DNA of 64,000 nt, from the NCBI GenBank assembly GCA_963847445.1, contig CAWJZV010000048.1, positions 241,673 to 305,672 of the forward strand, written 5' to 3'. The position numbers and the translations under genes are program-made. Under the pieces are notes generated by a model that made no database searches, was not told where the DNA came from, and worked only from the letters and a program-made list of their open reading frames with translations. Within the stretch, counting starts at the first letter, position 1, and the number at the start of each line of letters is the position of its first letter. This stretch comes from an uncultured delta proteobacterium (lineage in GTDB: Bacteria > Desulfobacterota > Binatia > UBA9968). Shown here one piece after another: positions 52,752-63,222 of this stretch.

Positions 52752-52791
52752 AAGAAAGCGCCGGTCGCAATATGCGACCGGCGCTTTTCTT
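52752..52791 (+). terminator. Rho-independent terminator, probably bidirectional
   Basis: AAGAAAGCGCCGGTCGCA-ATA-TGCGACCGGCGCTTTTCTT between convergent genes. Confidence 0.85.
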
Positions 52792-52842
52792 CATTTGACG
52801 CAGCGCCTCACCCGCCGCCCCTCACGGACTTGAGACGCTTCT

Positions 52843-54460
52843 TTAACGAGCCTCTAAACGGAACACTTTGTGTAAGCCATCGGCGCTGGTGAATACCAGC
52901 TGCGCGTTTTCGCGGTAGGATTTGACCAGATCATTGATCAATCGTAAGGTCGCCTTCCGTTCGGCGTAGCCGTCCATGGGATCAAGGATCAAGTACTTCG
53001 CGCCAAGTTTGACCAATTGAGGTTTAATCTCCTCCGCCGTACCGACGTCGGGCTGTCGCCGCGCCGTGCGGATAAAAGTAAGTAGCCGGTCGATGCAATG
53101 CTGGGCGAATCGCCTTTCTACCGGTATAAAGAAAATACATCGGATCGTAGGCGGTCGCGAGCAGAGCGTCAGACTGCGTGTTCGCCCGAATCCACGCAAA
53201 AGTCTCTTCAAAACCGCCCCAGGTGTATGGCAATCGGCGGCCGTAAAGTGCACGGGTCGACTCGGGATGCTGGCTCAGAACGAAACTCGACAACCAAAAT
53301 ACGTTCAAAAAAAGCACCAGTGGAACCGGGATCCAGAACAATTTAGCAAGCACAGCGTTTATCGACGGCCTGCGGCTAAGCCCGTCTACCGTGTACTCTA
53401 CGCCGCGAAAAAGAAACAGCACCATCACCGGTACTAGCGACACAACGTACCGGCTCGATTGAAACGGCCAGATTAATAAAAGCGCCACCGAAGCAACGAA
53501 AAAACCCCAAGTCGCCAGCTCGTCGCGCCGCAGCGATCGACTCATGCCTAGCGCCGTAAACCCTATCAACGGAATGACCAAACCCGGCAGCAGCGCGGTC
53601 AGATAGAGCATTTGAAATGAATTAGCGAGGGAGTGAGCGTTGCCGGTCACGACGTCGAATAACGCGGCGAACCCATCACCGCGCCCGCCAAAAATATCGT
53701 AACCGAGGTAGTAGTCGAAGAGCGACCCGCCAGCCACCTGACCAGTGGAGCGGGACACCCAGACAAGCCACGGCGCAACCATTAGCGACACCACGCCGAT
53801 AAACCACCCAACCCCACACGCACCCCGGCTAACATACGCGTGTAGAAGGCCAGCAACCGCCAACGGCGCCGCCGCCATACGCGTGAGACAGGCGATGCCC
53901 GCGATCGCTCCGACAAACGGCGTTCGGCTAAAGGTGGAATCGTCATCGGCACGTTGGCACGCAGCCAGCATTCCAACCGATAGGAGCACTAAAAGCAGCT
54001 CGCTCAATACATAATCGGTGAAACTAAAAACCAGAGGATTGGTACAAACGATCGCGGCAAAGACAACCGGACCGAGAACCCCGTCATCCTTACGGCTGCG
54101 CTGGTAGTAAAGCACGCTGACAAAAAAAATCGCTAACAGAATGACGACGTTGAGTGATTTTAAGAAGACTATGTTCGCGGGAAACTGCGGCGCCGCTCGC
54201 CAGATCGAAGCCAGTAGCGCCGAATAAAAGAACGGATACTTGGTCTGCGCAGGTTCGCCAGGCAGGCTGATGATCCGATACCCGTCACCGTCCGCAAGCG
54301 ATTTCGCCACCACGGCGTAAACGCCGTCGTCATGAAACAGCCCTAGCGTTCGTGGATTGATTGCGGCAAACGCCGCAGCGCCGATCAAACAGCCAACAAG
54401 AAGTACTGGAAGGCGAAGCGTCACGCTGGTCGCTGGGTAGGAACCATGGTTATCAATCAA
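52843..54460 (-). CDS. GT-C fold (ArnT/PMT-like) membrane glycosyltransferase (frameshift ~53050)
   Basis: LFHDDGVYAVVAKSLA..GY..YP; VLSE; many TMs; SRYVVSLVP; WIRANT. Confidence 0.7.
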
Positions 54461-54468
54461 TTTAGAAG

Positions 54469-55477
54469 TTATTTGGCGAGAGCTAACTCTTCGTCGATAA
54501 TAGCCGTGAACGCTTCAATGGGCTGCGCTCCGATCAACTCCCGTCCGTTGATAAAAAATGCCGGAGTGCCGGTGAGCCCCAGCGCTGCCGCCTTCGGACA
54601 AATCCTTCTGCACCGCTGCTTTAAATTTTCCACTCGCAAAGCAACTTTCAAAGGACTCGGTATTCAACCCTATTTCCTTGGCGAAACCCTTTAGATCGTT
54701 CACAGATGCCTTGGGCGAACGCTCGTAGAGCTTGTCATGATAGTCCCAGAACTTCTCCTGATCACCTGCGCAGCGGGCGGCCTCAGCCGCTTGGCGTGCT
54801 TGAGGATGGATCGCCTCTAACGGGAGATCTTTATGAACTATTCGCAGTTTCCCTGAATAGCGCTTGAGTAAATCCACGAATACCGGCTGCACGGTCTTGC
54901 AGTAAGGGCACTGGAAATCTTCGAATTTAACCAGCGTCACAACGCTGGTCTCAGCGCCGGTTGACGGCGCGCCGGAAAGTGAGAGATTGACCTGAAAACT
55001 TGGTGGCGGAGTTAGGTAGGTTTTGACCTTGGCTTTGGCGCGCAGCGACGATACAAAGATAGCTTTGCGCTCTTGCACCCTTTTCTCGCGCAGAAACTCG
55101 CGGATTTGCTCGCGGACCTGCTCGAAGGGCAGCTGGAGCCGCCCCTTGTGGGCCTCGTAGAACTCTCGAATCTCTTCGTCATTTGACGGTGCAACCTTTA
55201 CCGTGACTTCCTGATCGAGCAACGTGGAAACCGAGACTTGCCTTCGCTCCGCTTCGCGAGTCAAAAGCACGGCACCGATGTATTCATCAAGTTTTCGCTT
55301 TTGGAGATCATACAACTTACTTCTTAATTCGAATAATTCCTTCCCGGCACTTTTCTCGATCTCGGCGGCATGCACGGTCTTTCCGTCTATTTCAGCAAGT
55401 TTTTGTGACTCAACCTTGTTGCAGGCGAACAATGATAAGAGCGCAAATATAAATAACGCGCGAAATTTTGCTTTCAT
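54469..55477 (-). CDS. DsbA/thioredoxin-fold lipoprotein with a SurA-N-like helical domain (frameshift ~54590)
   Basis: Lipobox LFAC; FEDFQCPYC; HKDLPL..HPQA..AAEAA; GTPAFFING. Confidence 0.88.
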
Positions 55478-55570
55478 GAGAAATCTTCTAAAAATAATCA
55501 GGGAACAACTTTATCCGACCGCTACAGCGCGCTCTTTGTCCGGTGGTCGATGCGGCGAATCTAGTCGTAT

Positions 55571-56587
55571 TCACATTCCCGACTTGGTGTCGCGCAAGAG
55601 ACGAGATGTAAAACACTGATTTGCATCGGCTCGAAATTGACTTTGCCCGCACACCAAATCGACCTCGATGTATTTGTTACTGCCGCTATCATCAACATGG
55701 GTAGGTCTAATTTTCGCCCATTGGGTTATGGACTCTGTTGGTTGACAATTTGGGCTATCGGGGATCACCGGAACGAACCACCATTGATTAGGCATATCCG
55801 TCATGAAAAGCTGCGTGGCCTTTTCATAAGTACTATCCTGCACATTATCGTTGAGCACAATTGAGGTGCCAATGGTGACTAATTCACTCCCAGCCGGCAG
55901 ACCGCTGCACGTTAAGTTTTTTTGAAACAAGGCTTGGACGACATTGTCAGTGGAAGGAGTGTCGGTATAGGTCGTCCAGCATGAATTATCCCCCCCCGCA
56001 CTAGACTGGCGAAGCCGTACGTTATTTACCTGGTTCATACCATTGCAAATTTTTTCCATGATTGCGATTGGGATGCCTGGCAAGGCTTTCAACGCCGCGA
56101 CTGCGCTAACGTTTACGTCATTACTCCCCGATGCCGAGGCACCAAAAAGTTTCATCAAAGGTGTCATGAAAGCTGGTGTCCTCATCTGTGTACTGGAAGT
56201 CGTACCGGTATAAGGGTTGGTTTTTTCTAAGGCAACTCGAACACCGTTGGCTCCGGCAATCGATGGAAGGTCTGTAATCACGCCGCTCGTCTCGTTATAT
56301 TGAACATAGGTAATATTAGACGCGCCAATTACATTCGATTGAGCAACGGCGCCCGTGTAGTTATTTGTTGAATTAAAAGCGGCGGCACGAGCAGTAACCG
56401 CTCCGGCATTTAATGGTAACCCTGACACCGCCGAAAGCGCCGCTGCATCGACGGCAGCCTGGCCTTGGCTTCGGGTGTAAGATAAGTAACCCGTATCTAG
56501 CCCCATGCCAACCATGATCAGGAGAAGCACGATCATAAAGGTCATGAAAACTAGCACCCCACCTTTTTCACTATTTGCACGTGACAT
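55571..56587 (-). CDS. tadG: TadG-like pilus assembly protein
   Basis: EKGGVLVF..MVGMGLDTG..QAAVDAAALSA; Cys-rich C-terminal domain. Confidence 0.78.
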   Translation of the reverse strand: MSRANSEKGGVLVFMTFMIVLLLIMVGMGLDTGYLSYTRSQGQAAVDAAALSAVSGLPLNAGAVTARAAAFNSTNNYTGAVAQSNVIGASNITYVQYNETSGVITDLPSIAGANGVRVALEKTNPYTGTTSSTQMRTPAFMTPLMKLFGASASGSNDVNVSAVAALKALPGIPIAIMEKICNGMNQVNNVRLRQSSAGGDNSCWTTYTDTPSTDNVVQALFQKNLTCSGLPAGSELVTIGTSIVLNDNVQDSTYEKATQLFMTDMPNQWWFVPVIPDSPNCQPTESITQWAKIRPTHVDDSGSNKYIEVDLVCGQSQFRADANQCFTSRLLRDTKSGM

Positions 56588-56619
56588 AGGACATTCCTCA
56601 CTGGGTCATGGAAACCTTA

Positions 56620-57123
56620 TCAAGGGGACGTGACGCTCGCGGTTGTGCAAACAGTTGCATTCGTATACGGCTGAAATTCATAGCGCATACGCGTAGTCCG
56701 GCTAATCGGGAGGGTATTAGGAGTCGTTCCACCAAAGAGCCGTATGAGTTGGTAGAGAAAATACTGGTAGTCTCCCTGCGCGACCACTTCGACAAACCGC
56801 AGGCAATTGGGGGATCCTCCATCATAATACTTCACAGTCACGGTTCGAGATACCAACCGCTCCGGCAATCTATTTATCGCTTCGTTCTTTATCGCAGTGC
56901 TCGCCGCGCTATCAAATGGGTCTTTAGTAGACACACCTATGCGCGCGGCTTCGCGCACGGCATTTTGCGTCAAATGGCCTGTGAACATCGCGATGCCAAA
57001 GTCAGCCGGTATATAGAGAGCGACCAATACGAGCGGAGTGATTAACGCGATCTCCACGAGATTTTGGCCGCGGCTACTCCACAGTCGCTTAGGAGCAATA
57101 GCGCTTAACACTGATGCTCCCAT
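56620..57123 (-). CDS. tadE: TadE-family pseudopilin
   Basis: RGQNLVEIALITP..DFG..NAVREAAR. Confidence 0.85.
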   Translation of the reverse strand: MGASVLSAIAPKRLWSSRGQNLVEIALITPLVLVALYIPADFGIAMFTGHLTQNAVREAARIGVSTKDPFDSAASTAIKNEAINRLPERLVSRTVTVKYYDGGSPNCLRFVEVVAQGDYQYFLYQLIRLFGGTTPNTLPISRTTRMRYEFQPYTNATVCTTASVTSP

Positions 57124-57635
57124 CTCATGATAGTCGATCGATTTATGGGTACGGCCCCAGGAGCCGATGCTGTCGATCCGGTCATCAACCATAGAACTCT
57201 ATAGAAGAAATAATTATAGTTGCCTGAGACCGCCACAGTCACCTGACGGTTACAACTCGACCCAGGATCGACGGTGAAGCTGATAGTTGCCCCAGGGAGT
57301 AATGCCGAGGCGACTCGGTTGGCTGTTTGTGCCAATACTCCAGTCGGATTGCTAGTCTGCTCGCTTGCACAGGGAAGATTACAGGTTGTGGTGCCAGCTG
57401 CCAGAGTTCTTTGCGCGGCTGCGATACGGGCTCCTTCGCGGGACGCATTCATCGCCATCTGCCCCGTATAGAACGCCAATCCGAAGTCGGCAGGTATCCA
57501 AGCGATAACCAACAAGAGGATAAAGGCCAGGGTAAATTCAACGAGCGCCTGACCCTTTTGGTCACTCCTGACGCTTACTGAACTTGCCGGAATCGCACCA
57601 TTAATGAGCATTAAGGGTTCTGCGATATTCTTCAT
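57105..57635 (-). CDS. tadE: TadE-family pseudopilin
   Basis: KGQALVEFTLAF..DFG..NASREGAR; start uncertain. Confidence 0.85.
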   Translation of the reverse strand: MKNIAEPLMLINGAIPASSVSVRSDQKGQALVEFTLAFILLLVIAWIPADFGLAFYTGQMAMNASREGARIAAAQRTLAAGTTTCNLPCASEQTSNPTGVLAQTANRVASALLPGATISFTVDPGSSCNRQVTVAVSGNYNYFFYRVLWLMTGSTASAPGAVPINRSTIMRWEHQC

Positions 57636-58228
57636 GGTCATCACCCGATCGATGATTTCCATCAACGTACATTGTCAATACTAAATTTCGCCGGCCATCT
57701 CAACAAAATATCTCAAGCGGCTGCCCGACAGCGGTCCAGCGATTTTTCCAAAATTCCCATCGGCAATTGTGCTGTACGGTAAAGTGAACCCTACCGAGTC
57801 GATGAGTAACCGTCCCGAGGCAACAATTACCATAGAGCGATCTCAATACAAGCGCGGCGTGTGGTTAAGGAATCCTCCACGGCCTAACGACCGCAAAGAA
57901 AAGGTGAGAATTGAGGCAAATGGCCTAGATCGCCAGACGCCTACCACGTGAAAATTGGAGAAATGCTAGGAGCGTGGGAGGCACGAGCCTAATGGAAACC
58001 GGCGGCAGTCGATCAGGGAACTACCAAACAGCTATCTCTGCCAGGCGTCGTTCTAGACATTCGGCGAATGGATGAAGCGTCCACATAACCCACCTGGTCT
58101 GTGTTTGAAAGGTACAATGGAATTGAACTTATCAAAGCGGCGGCTGTTAATCAGCCTCGACACCGCTTCCCTATGACCACTGGAAGATTAACTGGGATTC
58201 TACGAAGCAGGCACTTGCCCTGCGACTT

Positions 58229-58627
58229 CTAACCGATCTGACTCAAACGCGTGTCCTTCAAATCGTCGATCTCGGACCTCTCTGCTAACGAGATCTCAAA
58301 CTGGTCGCCGACTTCGGTTCGGGACTTTTTGATCGTCCCGGTTGGCAGCTCAAGCACACTATAGCTCGTAAAATGTACGCTGCTTAAGCGAAAGGGTGCC
58401 ATCCCCTGAACCAAGCCAACCACCGCGTTGCCGCGATTCAAGAACACCACATCGATGGGAAACTTCATGCCGATGGTGTGAATTCCTTTGCTCGGCATGA
58501 GCCAAAGTGCTTCTTCCGGGCCAAGATTGCTCCGTTTTAGGAGCCCGATCAGCCGAGTTAAGAAGCTATCGGCCTTCCGTACTTTGGTTGCCAGCCAGGT
58601 CTTTCTTGTCGCGTTGATTACCGGCAC
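58229..58627 (-). CDS. DUF192 family protein
   Basis: ADSFLTRLIGLL, IHTIGMKFPIDVVFL, VLELPTG. Confidence 0.85.
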   Translation of the reverse strand: MPVINATRKTWLATKVRKADSFLTRLIGLLKRSNLGPEEALWLMPSKGIHTIGMKFPIDVVFLNRGNAVVGLVQGMAPFRLSSVHFTSYSVLELPTGTIKKSRTEVGDQFEISLAERSEIDDLKDTRLSQIG

Positions 58628-58637
58628 GCTAAGCTTC

Positions 58638-59567
58638 CTACCCAAGCGGATTGGACAGCATTTCCATGATCCCAAGCCCTGGAGGTACCAACAGGATGAT
58701 AAAAATAGCCGGGAGGATGAAAAATACCAGTGGAAAGATCAATTTAATAACCGTCTTTCGTGCCGCCTCTTCTGCGGCTTGGCTACGCTTGTCGCGCATG
58801 GTTTCGGCATATACACGCAACGATCGCGCGATACTGCCGCCCATCTCTTCGGTTTGCGTCAAGAAGGTAACCAACTGCTTGAACTCATCGATGCCGACAC
58901 GATCAGCCAGACGGAGCAAAGCTTCCTTGCGCACCGCTCCGGCCTGCATTTCTTGCGTCGCCAGTAACAACTCCTCGCCTAAAGCCAACCCTTGAGAGTT
59001 TTGCTCTCGCCCAACGCGATTGATCGCTGCGTCAACACCCATACCCGCTTCGACGCATACGACTATCAGATCCAGCGTATCCGGCAAGGTTTCTCGCATT
59101 TCAAGAACGCGCGCCCGAGCTTTGCGAAAGACGGTGAGCGCCGGGAGCATATAGCCGGCCAGCGCACCCAAGCCCGCAAGCATTAAGAAGTCTTGCATCG
59201 ATGCGTTGGAAACTAACGCCAGCAACAAAGCTCCGAATCCGAAAGCGATGCAAAGAAAAATCCGCAGACCAAAAAAGATCCGGATCGCTCGATTGCCACG
59301 ATAACCTGCCTGGTGTAACCGCCGGCTCATGTTATTGAAACGATCTGGCATTTCTTTGTCGCCGATGAAAAACCCGGCGACAGACTCCCAAAAAGTCGTA
59401 TCATCGTCCTCGTGCAAACGAATCGGACTGCGAGGATCGGTCCTGGCATTGATACTTTCCAAGCGCCGCTGAATCACTTCGTCCGCCACCGGGGCCCTGG
59501 AGGCGAAGACAAAATAGACGATCCCAGAGATCAATCCAAAAACTCCAACGGCGATAAGTAGTTCCAT
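58638..59567 (-). CDS. tadC: Tad inner-membrane platform protein TadC
   Basis: LPDTLDLIVVCVEAGMG, AEEAARK..KLIFPLVFFILP. Confidence 0.92.
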   Translation of the reverse strand: MELLIAVGVFGLISGIVYFVFASRAPVADEVIQRRLESINARTDPRSPIRLHEDDDTTFWESVAGFFIGDKEMPDRFNNMSRRLHQAGYRGNRAIRIFFGLRIFLCIAFGFGALLLALVSNASMQDFLMLAGLGALAGYMLPALTVFRKARARVLEMRETLPDTLDLIVVCVEAGMGVDAAINRVGREQNSQGLALGEELLLATQEMQAGAVRKEALLRLADRVGIDEFKQLVTFLTQTEEMGGSIARSLRVYAETMRDKRSQAAEEAARKTVIKLIFPLVFFILPAIFIILLVPPGLGIMEMLSNPLG

Positions 59568-59577
59568 AGGAAAAGTC

Positions 59578-60552
59578 CTAAATGTGAATCTTAATGATCT
59601 TTCGGAATACTAGTATCCCGATGATTTCTAAGACAAGAGCGACGCCAAACATCATACGTCCCATGGGATGGGCCATGGTTTTCGCCATCATTTCACCTTC
59701 ACGGAAAAACATAAAGACGGCCAGGAAAGGCGGCACAGAACAAACCGTCCAGGCACTAACACGGTTTTGTGCGGTCAAACTCTTGATCAGCCGCTCGATT
59801 CGAAATCGGTCTCGAATTATATCGGAAAGCTTGTTCAACAACTCTGCCAAGCTTCCACCCACCTCTCGTTGCACCATCAGTGCGGTGTTGAATAACCGTA
59901 CTTCGGGTAGGTTCATCCGCTCTTCGAATTTCCGCAATGCATCGACGAGCGGCAGTCCCAAATTCACCTCTTCAATAAATACTGAAAATTCCGTCCCGAG
60001 TGGATCAGGCATCTCTCTGGCGACAAATACCATCGCCTGAGTAAGCCCCAAACCGGCTTGAAGACTCTGGCCGATCATATCTAACCCGTCAGGGAACTGC
60101 TCAAGAAACTTGCGCAAACGTTTCCAGATGACGTATTGAACATAGCCGTAAGGGCACACTAACGCGATGAGAGAAAAAACCAACGCCACGGTCGTGGCTT
60201 GACCGAGCAGATTGCACAGCGCAAAGGTGATTCCTGCCGCGCCGACAGAGCAGAGTAAAAATAACCCGGGAGTCATATCGATGTTCGCCCGCTCGAGCAA
60301 TAGATCAATGCGCGCCATGAACTTTTGTTTTGACAAAAAGTCATTCAACCACGGGATTTCGCTGTAGATCGAGGTTTTGAGCAGGTTTTGAATTTCTGCT
60401 TTCGATGCATAGTCCAGCTTACCAATCGCCGTCAATCGTCGCTTGATGCGCGCTTGTGCGGTGTCCTGCACCGCCATCGGCAACAGAAACAAGATGACAA
60501 CGAGGGAAACCGCCGCTAAGAATGAAAAGATGGTGATGAGGATTAAGCTCAT
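59578..60552 (-). CDS. tadB: Tad inner-membrane platform protein TadB
   Basis: [30 protein letters not shown]. Confidence 0.92.
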   Translation of the reverse strand: MSLILITIFSFLAAVSLVVILFLLPMAVQDTAQARIKRRLTAIGKLDYASKAEIQNLLKTSIYSEIPWLNDFLSKQKFMARIDLLLERANIDMTPGLFLLCSVGAAGITFALCNLLGQATTVALVFSLIALVCPYGYVQYVIWKRLRKFLEQFPDGLDMIGQSLQAGLGLTQAMVFVAREMPDPLGTEFSVFIEEVNLGLPLVDALRKFEERMNLPEVRLFNTALMVQREVGGSLAELLNKLSDIIRDRFRIERLIKSLTAQNRVSAWTVCSVPPFLAVFMFFREGEMMAKTMAHPMGRMMFGVALVLEIIGILVFRKIIKIHI

Positions 60553-61940
60553 AGCGCCCTTCTTTTTGCCCCCATCGAGACAGGTAGAAAGTGAGTATTT
60601 GGAATCCGAAAACCATACCGCTCCAAACGGTCCATGAACGAAGGCATAACTCCGGTTGCAACGAACTCGCCGATTATCTTGCCATTCTCCACACCACGCT
60701 GCTCATACTTAAAAATTGTTTGAGTCGTTATGGTATTGCCTTCCATACCTGTGACTTCGGATAACTCGATCACCTTTCTACTGCCGTCGCTCAAGCGAGT
60801 CAGCTGGACGATTACGTCCAGCGCCGACGCGATTTGCTCGCGTAAAGCGCGCTCGGGGAGTGCGATCCCAGCCATGAGCATCATGGTTTCCAAGCGTGAC
60901 AGCGCATCTCGTCCGCTATTGGCATGGACGGTGCTGATCGAGCCATCGTGGCCTGTGTTCATCGCTTGCATCATGTCCAACGCTTCACCGCCGCGAACCT
61001 CGCCGATGACAATGCGGTCAGGCCGCATACGTAAGGCGTTACGGACCAAGTCGCGTGCCGTTACAGAGCCCTGGCCTTCGATGTTTGGCGGCCGGGTTTC
61101 CAGCCGAACGACATGTTCCTGCTGGAGCTTGAGCTCGGCCGAATCTTCGATAGTAACAATGCGTTCATTTTCGGGAATGTAGTTAGACAAGCAATTCAAG
61201 AGTGTTGTTTTGCCGGCGCCGGTACCTCCGGAAACCAACATATTCAGCCGCGACTTGACGCAGGCCGCTGCGACCTCCGCCATCTGCGGAGGAATAGAAT
61301 TGAATTGAATCAAATCATTGATTGTCAACCGCTCCGCGCCGAATCGCCGAATCGACAACACCGGTCCATCCAGTGCGAGAGGCGGAATAATCGCGTTAAC
61401 ACGAGAGCCATCGGCCAATCGTGCATCGACCATTGGGGAACTCTCATCGACACGCCGCCCCACCCGTGTGACGATACGTTCGATAATCTGCATTAAATGG
61501 TTATCGTCACGGAAGCGAACGTCGGTCTTCTCAAGCTTGCCATAGCGCTCGACAAAAATACTCGACGACGAATTGACAAGGATATCGGAAATCTCGGGAT
61601 CCTTCATGAGAGTTTCTAGAGGCCCTAAGCCAAATACTTCATGCTGGACTTCCATCACCAACCGATCCCGATCGGCGCGACTTAGCGGAATCGCTTCCGC
61701 CATGACCAGGTCCTCGAGAATGCGCCGAATTTCCACACGCACTCTTTCCATCTCCAAATTGGAAAGTTTGGACAGGTCTAAGGTGTCAATGAGCTTGCGA
61801 TGTATACGTAAGCGCAAATCTTGCAGCAAAACATCGGAACTCGTAGGCTGCACTGCGCGGAATGGTGTGCGGGTCCCATCCGGGGACGATCGATCGGCAT
61901 CCCAACGATCTCGATCCGATTCGAAAGAAGGATTTTTCAT
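60549..61940 (-). CDS. cpaF: Tad assembly ATPase TadA/CpaF
   Basis: [43 protein letters not shown]. Confidence 0.95.
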   Translation of the reverse strand: MKNPSFESDRDRWDADRSSPDGTRTPFRAVQPTSSDVLLQDLRLRIHRKLIDTLDLSKLSNLEMERVRVEIRRILEDLVMAEAIPLSRADRDRLVMEVQHEVFGLGPLETLMKDPEISDILVNSSSSIFVERYGKLEKTDVRFRDDNHLMQIIERIVTRVGRRVDESSPMVDARLADGSRVNAIIPPLALDGPVLSIRRFGAERLTINDLIQFNSIPPQMAEVAAACVKSRLNMLVSGGTGAGKTTLLNCLSNYIPENERIVTIEDSAELKLQQEHVVRLETRPPNIEGQGSVTARDLVRNALRMRPDRIVIGEVRGGEALDMMQAMNTGHDGSISTVHANSGRDALSRLETMMLMAGIALPERALREQIASALDVIVQLTRLSDGSRKVIELSEVTGMEGNTITTQTIFKYEQRGVENGKIIGEFVATGVMPSFMDRLERYGFRIPNTHFLPVSMGAKRRAL

Positions 61941-61955
61941 TGACGATACTCCCTA

Positions 61956-63176
61956 TTATTTGATCAAACCGCGCGCCGGTGGCAAGAACCGGCCGAAAAT
62001 ACCGGATCGAATCTCGTTTTCGGCCCCCGCTCGCACCGAACCTGGAGCCGAGAAATTTTCCATAACAACATCATTCAATCCCGCGTAACTCTTAGCAATA
62101 TCCGATTTAGGATCGCATTCATAAATGGATAACCCTTGATTCACCGCGGCAATCGCGACCGGATAGTTGTTAGGAAGCGTCCAATACACTTTTACTCCTA
62201 AGGCTTTCTCGACCGACTCTAAAGTCATCAGCTTACTCTTCACGTAGCGATTAAGAATCAAGCGAATCTTTTGATCGTAAATACCCATGCGCTCAAATAA
62301 CTCCAGCGCGCGATGGGCACTCTTTAATGAGGGAACGTCCATTTCTGTGATAAAGAGTATCAAATTAGCTTTATCGAGCACCAGTGCCAGCATATCGTCG
62401 AACTCCTTTGGCGTATCGACGACAACGTAATCGAAAGACTGTGCCAAAACATCGAGGATCTCATCGATGTCTGCGGGAGTAATGCGCCGGGCATCTTCCG
62501 CATAAAAAGGTTCGGCGAGAACTCGAATACCGGATGCGTGCTTCACTAAGGATCCATCGAGAAACAGCGGGTCTATTCGTTTTAGATTCTTTACTAAATC
62601 AAGGATCGTGTAGGAGGCGTCGATGTTAAGAAAGCTGGTAACCGAACCAAACTGCAACACCAAATCGACTAAACAGACCGATTTCTTTTTCGCAACCAGA
62701 TTCGCAGCTAAGTTAGTTGCGGCCGTCGTCGAACCCACACCGCCTTTGTTCGAAGATATAGCGACAATATGGCCCCGTTCCGAACCTTTCGGCGCTATCG
62801 TCTCGATTTTCTTACGAATTGACTCGAAAGAATTAAGAACCTCTGTCCAATTAAAGGGTTGGGGAATAAATTCTTCAGCCCCGGATCGCATTGCGCGCAA
62901 AATCGCGTCAGGGGTCCCGGTCGGCGATGTCATGACCAGCCTAACATTGGCCAGTTTCGATTTTATTTGCTCACCCACCGAAAAAGCTCGCTCAGCGTCA
63001 CGGTTGATATCGACAACGGCAATGATCACGCCATTGCGGCTCTTGAGCATCTCGAAGGCTTCACCGTAGCCGTAGATGCGCGGATCCACAGCTATGGAAA
63101 TTTCCTTTTCCAGCTGTTGCTTAAGCGAGGCTAGCGACAAGCTATCTTCGCCAATGAGACAAATCGGCAGCTTCAT
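61956..63176 (-). CDS. cpaE: CpaE/TadZ localisation ATPase
   Basis: Degenerate receiver (AMRSGAEEF) plus MinD-like NKGGVGST, DLVLQFG. Confidence 0.9.
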   Translation of the reverse strand: MKLPICLIGEDSLSLASLKQQLEKEISIAVDPRIYGYGEAFEMLKSRNGVIIAVVDINRDAERAFSVGEQIKSKLANVRLVMTSPTGTPDAILRAMRSGAEEFIPQPFNWTEVLNSFESIRKKIETIAPKGSERGHIVAISSNKGGVGSTTAATNLAANLVAKKKSVCLVDLVLQFGSVTSFLNIDASYTILDLVKNLKRIDPLFLDGSLVKHASGIRVLAEPFYAEDARRITPADIDEILDVLAQSFDYVVVDTPKEFDDMLALVLDKANLILFITEMDVPSLKSAHRALELFERMGIYDQKIRLILNRYVKSKLMTLESVEKALGVKVYWTLPNNYPVAIAAVNQGLSIYECDPKSDIAKSYAGLNDVVMENFSAPGSVRAGAENEIRSGIFGRFLPPARGLIK

Positions 63177-63222
63177 GCGGCTCTTTCAATAATAACCTGG
63201 GACATTGATTTCTTCCGATCAC

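Noticed and set aside
57640-58228. Flp pilin gene or c-di-GMP riboswitch in the long Tad intergenic gap
   Set aside because: No G-x4-EY Flp motif or recognisable GEMM motif found by eye; an Rfam scan is needed
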